DNA from: Octopus vulgaris
Lineage: Eukaryota
NCBI GenBank assembly: GCA_951406725.2
Contig: OX597826.1
Span: 57,350,001-57,414,000, forward strand
DNA length: 64,000 nucleotides
Direction of reading: 5' to 3'
Both the position numbers and the translations under genes were made by a program. The notes beneath the pieces were generated by a model. The model ran no database searches, had not been told where the DNA came from, and saw only the letters and a list, made by a program, of their open reading frames with translations. Shown here piece by piece: positions 55,084 through 64,000 of the stretch. Position 1 is the stretch's first letter; each line of letters begins with the position of its first letter.

Positions 55084-55120
55084 CATCATTATTATCATCA
55101 TCATCATCATCACCACCACC
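54750..55120. repeat. Very long (ATT)n/(ATC)n microsatellite
   Basis: Read directly; source of the poly-Y/I/L pseudo-ORFs. Confidence 0.97.
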
Positions 55121-55789
55121 ATTGCCAAGTTATCAGTGCTGATAGCCAGGATATTGAGAGCGGAGGGTGAGTGACAAAGGTGATGTAAGAGTGTTCTTTT
55201 ATTTCTTTCATGTCAAACACTTTATTAACTATAAATTGCCAGCAGGAGGTAAACATTTCACCACACCACACACACACATCCCTTTTCCCTGCCCCTTAAT
55301 ACCCCAGCTGTTATCTAAAGCAGTAAAATAGCAGATAATTTGTTGCTTTGTCACCCCATCCTATACAGAGACCAAAGAAGCCGGCTATGAAGAAAAAAAA
55401 AATATTGTGAAAAATATGGTGGGTTAAGGAGCTGAAGGGGAAGTTGATGAAATTAGTTGATGATGAAATTAGAAGGTTGATCGCCAGGAAAATATTCTGG
55501 AGGAGGTGGGAGGAGGAGGAGGAGATAGAAGGACATCAATGAGAAATGGATAGAGAAAAAACTAGTTGATGGATGAAGATGTAAGGAAGAAGAAAAAGAG
55601 TTAGCTGTCTAGGCTGCCAGAGAAGGAAGATGTTGGATGTGAGGTAAAGTAAATAGAAAAGAGAGAGTGAAAAGATGGGAAAATTAAAGGAACAAAAAAA
55701 TTAAGAAAAATGAGGGTGGCTGCATGGAAAAAGAAAGAAACAAACCTAAAACCTCAGAATATAATAAATAATTGGTATCTATGATTGAA

Positions 55790-56019
55790 GGCGGCGAGCT
55801 GGCAGAAACGTTAGCACGCCGGGCGAAATGCTTAGCGGTAATTCGTCTGCGTTACATTGTGAGTTCAAATTCCGCTGAGGTCAACTTTGCCTTTCATCTT
55901 TTCGGGGTCGATAAATTAAGTACCAGTTACGCACTGGGGTCGATGTAATCGACTTAATACCTATGTATGTCCTTGTTTGTCCCCTCTGTGTTTAGCCCCT
56001 TGTGGGTAATAAAGAAATA
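55790..56019 (+). mobile_element. SINE family B, full-length copy with perfect 16-bp TSD
   Basis: GGTATCTATGATTGAA at 55774-55789 and 56020-56035; head GGCGGCGAGCTGGCAGAAACG, B-box-like GAGTTCAAATTCC; central CTTTCATCTTTTCGGGGTCGATAAATTAAGTACCAG resembles the Meta/MESC SINE domain. Confidence 0.93.
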
Positions 56020-57898
56020 GGTATCTATGATTGAATTTTGCTGCTCAAGTACTGTTGCTCAGTTCTGTGTTAGCCTGACTTCGTAAACTTATAAATCACG
56101 TGTGTTCCGACCATGACTGTTCCATCTATTCATGAGTTTCTAGATTTATATAATCTTATGTATTCTTCGTATCTTAAAGATGGTTGGTGTGATTTTGTGG
56201 AGATTCAACTGCTATTTCAAGCAGATTGAGTGACCACATAGAGGTTCCTTCATTTGCTCTTCTACTCAGTAACTTCAGTGTATGTGTGTGTGTGTGTGTG
56301 TATGAGAGAGAGAGAGAGAGAGGGAGATGGGTGATACTGTACTTATTGCATTATTGCTGCGATATCTATCATATAACACTGTTTATCATATAACACTATC
56401 TCAGAAGAGTTGTTAATATGATAATAATTGTTCAGACTAATTAATCTCATCTTGTGAGATGAATGCTTTTTTTAGTGTTTACATCTAAGCTGTATTTTAA
56501 TAAATTTCATCTCTTATAATCATCAGGGGTTTTATTCCTGAATCTGAACACTTTAAGTTCTTCATCACTGAAGAGGAATCAAATTTATTTGGAGTATAAT
56601 CTTAAGACCACACCGTATTTGGTACACAGTGGTGGTGAGGATTATCTAGCAAGATAATAGTCAAAACATTTACTGAGGCATTAACTAATTAGGGTTAACA
56701 AAGAAACACTTCATCTCTGTTCTTGCACAGAGGCTGATGGTTGTAAGGGTTAAGTTTGAAAAATATATAAAGATGAGCTGCAAAATGGACAATACACTTA
56801 ATAGCTAACAGGTTAATTAATATAGCAGCATCTAGAGCAGAGTAGCCGTGACAAAGAGGCAAGTAAATATGGTAATACTCTGTGGATATAATGGTTATTA
56901 TTCAGGGAAATACTTTAATGAGTGTGCCAACACTAAAGTGGTGGGAGCAACATGTCACAGAAACTGGAGAAATTTTCCAAGAAGATGAGACAAGTGGCAT
57001 TTAGGAAGGTATCTATCTAACTGGGATTATTTATTGAAAAGCTTCCAGATATAAAACTTGTGATTAATGGGCCCAGAATATCTTTAAATATATCTCACAA
57101 GAGAACCTTAAAGACCGGCTTAATACAGGCTATCTCACTATCTGAGGGTGATCTATCAATATGTTATGAACATTACTGAGGCATGCATGGATGAACACGC
57201 ACACGCACGCACACACATACACACACGTGAATGCATACAAGTGTGCTGTCTATGTATGCATACACAGCTAAATGTATTAATGAACCTATCTGTAATGCAA
57301 TCTCTCTAAATCATGATGAAATACCTAAAACTCAAAACCTGCTCTAACATTAATGCATTCATATGATTGGTGACCATCAACCTGCAAAGGATATATGCAA
57401 TACAAGTGCAAGGCTCACCTATGTAGCTGCAATAATAATAACAGGTACTGCATAAATAAATAAAATCAAACTATTCAGAGGCAGATGATAGGATACATTC
57501 ATGCAGCGCTTAACTCATCAATTCTTTAAATAATATAGCACAAATAAAAAGTGAACCTCTTAGAAACAAAGCAAGATGGGATTGCCAAAATTTCCATTGG
57601 ACGAGTGACATTATTTGATTGGAAAATGAAAATATAGTTTTATTACTATGTCCCAATTTATTTGGTAGTTCTTGGATGAAGCTACTTCTTAATCAAGAAT
57701 TTATGTCATATGGTATTTGATATATCTGTATTTGTTTATACTGTTCAAGGATAAGCCATTGGCCAGTCTGAGTTATTACTCTTAGATCATTTTTGTTTTA
57801 ATTATATTTACATATATACACCCATAGCTACAGATTCATGTGTATGTATATATATATATATATATATATATACATACACAAACATATATATATGCATA

Positions 57899-58088
57899 GC
57901 TGGTGCCATATGAAGGCACCCGCCACACACTGTAGAATGGTTGGTATTAGGAGGCACATCCAGCCATAGAAACCAAGCCAAATCAGACTGGAATCTAGTG
58001 CAGATCTCTGGCTTGCCACCTCAGGTCAAGTTGTCCAACCCATGCTAGTGTGGAAAACAGACATTAAAGGATGATGGTAATAATGATG
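57899..58088 (+). mobile_element. RTE-type retroposon 3' end
   Basis: Colinear with 35376-35546 (TGGTTGGTATTAGGAGG...GTCCAACCCATGCTAGTGTGGAAAACAGACATTAAA). Confidence 0.75.
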
Positions 58089-58244
58089 GAAATTATATAT
58101 ATATATATTTATATATATGCATGAATATACATATAGATATATATGCACATAAATATGCAAATACTTGCATACACAGATAAATATGACTACACATTATGTG
58201 CACGTGTATGTTCACATGAATACTTCTCTCTCTCTCACCCTCTC

Positions 58245-58284
<40 letters not shown>

Positions 58285-58748
58285 GAGAGAGGGTGGAAGA
58301 CAGACAGACAGACAGAAACAGTAGAGTTGAATTATCAAGGAAAGTGGAGTATCCAACAGTTAGGAAAAAATGTTTCTTCAGGATTAAGATGACAAAGGAG
58401 AGAAATGGGAAAAACCAGCAGGTATTTACATCCTTTCTGGCAGCAACTGATGGGGAGGACAAGATAATGTGGACCTGCAAAAATTAGCATGAGAGAGAAA
58501 TACGAGAGACAGGGAGAAGGAAAGAGAAATGAAAAGCGGTATACAAGTGGGTGAAGCTGAGGTGGAGGGAGAAATGCATGTGGAATGGAAGGGAGCTAAA
58601 AGTGATAGGAATGGATTTGCTGAAGCAAAAGGGATGAAGGAGTAGAAGAAAAAAAAATATGCTCATATAAACTCTTCCATCTTTGGCTTTTTTACTCCTA
58701 ACAACTTGAACCTCAAAGAAGGACTGTCCAAAATTTTGGATACCCCAC

Positions 58749-59834
58749 ACTTGGTCATCTAGGTAATGGGAGTTATCAACTACTTCTAGTTTCTTCCCCT
58801 GGCATGTGATGAAATCTGTTTTCTGTATATCTTCAGTGCTTATTACTCCTGTGCATCTGCCACACACAAAAACTATCTTCCCAGTTAGCCTTCCCTTAAT
58901 ATTGCTGTATCTCTTCTGTGTCCATAGCTTACATTGGGCACATCTTATGGAGTTTCTACCTAAGTATTTTCTACAGATTGAGCAGGGCCATCTACCTGAA
59001 GGGGTTTGTGATTTGTCTGCCTTCCTACTTACTAAGACTTTGGTTTTTGCTAGATTGACTCTCCATTCTAGACTTTGCTTCTACACCTGAAACTTCTTCT
59101 CTAGTTCTGGTAGTGACTCAGCTATTAGAGCAAGATCACCAGCATAGAGGATCTCCTAAGGGCAACCTGTATTGAATTCCTCATTGCCTGGAGGACTATG
59201 ATAAATAAGAGGGGCTGAGGACTGCTCCTTGGTGAACTCCTACTTCTACCCGGAATTCTTCAATATACTCATTGCCAACCCTCACCTTACTGACAGCTCT
59301 CCCTGTACAAGGCTTGTACATCTCTCACCAACAACTCATCTATCCCTAGTTTCCACACTGACCACCAGATAAGGGATTGGGGAACCCTGTCAAAGGCTTT
59401 CTCCATGTCAATGAAAGCCAAGTACAGAGGTTTACCTTTGGCTAGGAATTTCTCCTGCAGCTGTCTTACCAGAAATACAGCATCAGTGGTGCTTCTCCCT
59501 GGCACAAACTCAAACTGCATCTCATCTAAACTAACTCTCTTCCTAATTAGTTGGGCCATGACCCTCTCCATGACTTTCATCACCTGATCCAATAATTTGA
59601 TACCTCTGTAATTATGCCTATCTAATGTGTGACCTTTACCTTTGTAGCAGTTGAGTATAGTGCTGTTACACCAGTCATTGAGTATGACTCCTTCATGTAT
59701 CACCTGGTTGACTATACAGGTGAGTAGACTATAGCCTACACTGCCAGATATTTTAAACATCTCAGCAGTGATTCCTGATGGGCTGGGGGCTCTCCCTGTC
59801 TTCATACCCTTTATTGCTTTATCTACCAAGGTAC

Positions 59835-59841
<7 letters not shown>
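58749..59841 (-). pseudogene. RTE-clade LINE reverse transcriptase fragment, inactivated
   Basis: KAIKGMKTGRAPSPSGI..., YKGKG...NYRGIKLL, QFEFVPGRSTTDAVF, AFIDMEKAFDRVP; after frameshifts VGVHQGAVLSPLLF, *EILYAGDL (YADD altered), NLAKTKV, a Cys cluster and LEVVDNSHYLDD. Confidence 0.95.
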
Positions 59842-59900
<59 letters not shown>

Positions 59901-59902
59901 AA

Positions 59903-60180
59903 GGCACATGGCTTAGTGGTTAGCCTATCCAGCTCACAATCATAAGGTCATTAACACAATTTCTAGCAGTGCATTGTCACTGAGCAAGACACTATTTCAC
60001 TTTGCAACAGTCTACTCAGCTGGCAAAAATAAGTAGTGCTTCAAATACAAAGGCCCAAACTTGTCACATGCTGTATTTGAATCTACCCGTGAACTACATT
60101 AAGGGTACATGTATCTGAAGAGTGCTCAGCCAGTTGCACACTAATTTCATAAGCAGGCTGTTCTACTGACATCGACCACT
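59903..60180 (+). mobile_element. Decayed SINE with D-type CORE-like body and C-type tail
   Basis: TGGCTTAGTGGTTAG head; GAGCAAGACACTATTTCAC...ACTCAGCTG as in family D; GAACTACATTAAGGGTACA...GAGTGCTCAGCCA...GCAGGCTGTTC as in family C. Confidence 0.75.
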
Positions 60181-60183
60181 TTT

Positions 60184-60220
<37 letters not shown>

Positions 60221-60349
60221 CACACACATATACACACATACATACATGCATACACACATATACACATATATGTGTGTTTGTGTGTGTATATATATATATG
60301 TATGTATATACATGTTTGTGTGTGTATATATGTATGTATGTAGATTCAC

Positions 60350-60385
<36 letters not shown>

Positions 60386-60700
60386 ATGTAGAAACATGTG
60401 TATGTACATGTGTAGATAGATGCATATAAATGTGTGTGTATATATATATATATGTGTGTGTGTATGCATCGATGGTGTATATAGATGTGTGTATGTATGC
60501 ATATATATGCATATATGTATACACACACATTCATATGCACATGTGTTTTTATAAGAAACCAAAAATAAAAATCGAAAATATATATGATATTGTTAATTAT
60601 GTATATTAAACTTCCTATATATTTATAGTTTTTTAAGCAAAAAAATTATATTGATGACAGTGATGATATATACACGTGTGTGTGTGTGTGTGTGTGTGTG

Positions 60701-60735
<35 letters not shown>

Positions 60736-61409
60736 AGAGAAAATGAGAGAGAGAGAAAGAGAGAAAGAGAGAAAGAAGAATCTCCAAGCAAAGATGTTGA
60801 AAGTGTGTTATATCTAGAAAGAATCTTCTAAAGAATTTAAGTTGAGTAAATAAAAAAATATTGAGATAAAAAAGAAAAAAGATTGCAAAAGAAGATCTGA
60901 TAAAGAAAAAAATTAGAGGAGAGAGAGGAATGAAAATTGGTAAAGAAAAAATGGGAAAAAAAAAATGAAGCCAGGAAAATTATATCCGTGTTCTGTACTG
61001 TCAACAATTTTATATCTGCAACAAACCATAACTCCAAATGAATATAATGATAATGATTATATTGAGAATAATAATGATGATGATGATGATGGGGATGAAA
61101 AAGATGAGGGTGATGAAAATAGTGGAGATGAAGATGAATGAGAAAGTTTTTAACAAGTGTTTGCCAAGGGCAGCATGAGTCATTTAAGTGAAACTGTTTG
61201 ATGGAAGGATCGATTCTAACAGTGACAGCAAAATGATGGGGGTAAAAGATCAGGATGGCTGGACTATACTGATTATTATCTCACTAGATTAAAGAGTGAA
61301 CAACACTTAAATAATTTGGGAAATTAAATAATGATCATTGCAGCAGTAATGTTAATAACGTTAATTAGAGACTACATGTACATGTTTACATACATACAAC
61401 ACACATATT

Positions 61410-61458
<49 letters not shown>

Positions 61459-61459
61459 T

Positions 61460-61556
<97 letters not shown>

Positions 61557-62072
61557 TTATAAGTATATATATTTATACACATTCATACAATACTGAATAC
61601 ATATACAACACATACATTTTATATATATATATATATAATGTATACATGCACATACATATGTGTGTGTGCATGTATACATTCATACATTCAGACTAAGTCC
61701 TCATGTATAAACAGTGAGAGTATATTGAAAAAGACTGACAGAGATGATGGATCTCAGAGAAAGAAAAAAAATTTAAAGAACCACCATCACCATCATAATC
61801 ATCATCCTCATCATCTCTCTAGCAAGCAATCACAAAGCAAACATGTTCCTCTTCAAAGTAGATTTTTGCTGGATTATTTTTGATATTTACATCCAGCCTG
61901 TTAGTAATGATTTTTAAGTGCAACGATTAAATAATCCACACCATGGAAATATTTTCTTTACCAAGAAACATATATATCTCTCCAACCTGCAACTTTTACC
62001 TCAACCTATCACTCTCTTGCCATGGTATAATCTGACATTTCTCCATCCTGAAAGCTTTCTTCTCTCTCTCTT

Positions 62073-62105
<33 letters not shown>

Positions 62106-62209
62106 GCCCTGTTTGTCATGTTCTCCTTCCCACCACATGCTTTTCTTTTCTGTTATCAAATATATTTTTTACTACTACCTGTCCATCTCTCTCACACACA
62201 CACATGCAC

Positions 62210-62248
<39 letters not shown>

Positions 62249-62857
62249 TGTATATATATATATATATATACCTTTTATCACTCCATTCATTCTCCACTAT
62301 CCAGTTCTTCCTCTCAATTCCCCAATCCTTCTTCTCACTCTGTATTTTCCTTAATTTTTTCCCCAACTCACCCTCCTCCTTGTCTCCAGCTTTATCCCCT
62401 TTTCTGCTCTTATACTCTTTATTTCTCTCTCCCCTCTCTCTCTCTCTTTCACACTCATTTAAATAATTATTCTCCATTTTCTCAATTTTTTCACTTCCCT
62501 TTCATTATCACCCTATATCTCTGTTATTTTCCCCATCTCACACAACCTATCTTTTCTCCCTATCACACAAATTCTGTTATCTCTGCCTCTCTCTCTCCTC
62601 CAGCTTTCTCTACTTTCAAACCCTTACACAACATTCTCCTCACCACCTATTTCTGCACTTCCTTTTTCCATTCTCACCTGTCCTCAACAATTTCTAACTT
62701 TCCATGACTCCCTCTCACTATGTTCTGAGTAACTTCTTAAACTCCAACAACCTACTCCTTAAAATATCTTAAACAACACTTCTGTAAACTTATAAAACTC
62801 AGATTCTAAACTGGCATCCTGTATGAAATAATTAAATATTGATTTACTCCTCTGAAA

Positions 62858-63010
62858 GGCATGATACATGTGTGGTTGTTTCATAGTCATATAATCATGG
62901 ATTCAATACTATGACACTGAACCTTGGACAAATGTCTTCAAACATGGCTTCAGGTTGACTTAAACTTTGTGAGTGAAATTAGAAAAAAAAAAAAAACTGT
63001 GAAGAAGCTC
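62858..63010 (+). mobile_element. Decayed SINE family A 5' half
   Basis: GGATTCAATAC...ACCTTGGACAAATGTCTTC...CTTTGTGAGTGAAATT matches 7150-7260. Confidence 0.5.
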
Positions 63011-64000
63011 ATTGACTGCCTACTAGTGTTCTTGCTCTGTCATCCAGTTTAACACCACCCTCTAGTCTTGGGTACCTTTAGTACAGTCCAATCTGTTGAT
63101 AATATTTGGACAAGGTCTCTGGTAGGAGAATACCTGTGAATTATAGCTTCTTCCTCCACTTCTCCAAACAATCTGGGACCCCTGCAAAAGTCATAGATAT
63201 GCTCTTGCCCCCTCTCACAAGTCCTAATAAATCTAATAATATAGCTTATTCTATACGAAGTATTAAAGTTAATCAGCACATAAGAATGCTTTAATAGCAC
63301 CTAAGAAAACTCTCCATTGTTGAGTCAAAGGAGATGTTGGCTTCTTGACTGTAAAGTTCCAAAGCTTATAAACCTTTACTGGATTACTAAATAGAATGGC
63401 ATGGTGAAAAGGAGCTGAACTTTTCTTGTTATTTCATTTCAATAATTTAAAGCCACAATGACTTGTGTATAATAACTCCCTTGACCAGAAAATAATATCT
63501 GACACCGAGTATTGTAAAAACCAGTAGAACATAATTCAATTTTAATAACATATGTAGTTTTGTGCTGCTGATACGGTGAAAAGATTGAGAATTGAACACA
63601 AAGTAGAAAATTTAACAGAGGAAACTCTTATCTAATGAAATCAATTAAAACCCCCGTCATTTTTCAAGATCAGGGCAAGAGCATACAATGCTATAAACCA
63701 GTCCTACAAAGGGCTCCACCTTCTAGTTATGTCTATTTTACGAATAGAGCCAGAAGCAGTATCTTACATAGTGTACAGTAGCTCAGCTGGTGATGATTCC
63801 AATTTCTGATACTAAAACATTGTTCAAAAAACTACAGCCATTCTTCATTGACATATTAAGGCTAAGATAAAGATAAAAAAAATTTTTTTTTTTTTTTCCT
63901 GTTTCTTTGTTTTCTTTTTTAATGTTCTTTGAAAAATCCATGTTTTTAGTTAGATTAAGAAATTCAATTTAAATTGTTCAGAATTTGTGTGGTGCCCATA

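Noticed and set aside
54721-55174. Poly-Tyr/Ile/Leu ORFs
   Set aside because: Translations of an (ATT)n microsatellite.
59287-59907. Functional RT gene or prokaryotic retron/DGR-type RT
   Set aside because: The ORF start lies across a (TA)n tract, downstream motifs are frameshifted with stops, YADD reads YAGD, and the motifs are those of RTE LINEs.
63049-63300. 83-aa ORF as a host exon or LINE fragment
   Set aside because: No recognisable domain or splice signals; only a vague LEKWRKKL resemblance to RT in another frame.

Overview
AT-rich, microsatellite-saturated eukaryotic DNA, not prokaryotic. The repeat landscape (several tRNA-headed SINE families, RTE- and CR1/L2-type LINE remnants, very long TA/TG/ATT arrays) points to a coleoid cephalopod, most likely Octopus. 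That assignment is my inference from recognising the repeats, not a database result. I cannot support any intact host protein-coding gene; almost all listed ORFs are microsatellite artefacts, so the window reads as a large intron or intergenic region. Well-supported content: two RTE reverse-transcriptase remnants carrying a PHD-like Cys cluster (33165-34070 and 58749-59841), a young 5'-truncated CR1/L2 3' end, young SINEs with clean target-site duplications (34658-35046, 55790-56019), a TTAA-flanked piggyBac-type MITE nested in one RTE remnant, an 8.25 x 84-bp minisatellite with internal dyad symmetry, and core-plus-microsatellite tandem arrays. The most interesting signal is a family of ~200-bp elements embedded in (TA)n tracts that carry a minimal type-I hammerhead-ribozyme fold (32756-32793 +, 42118-42152 -), as known from Penelope-like elements and retrozymes. 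A few frame-preserving micro-exon candidates on the + strand are flagged at low confidence. No CRISPR, rRNA or genuine tRNA gene was found.
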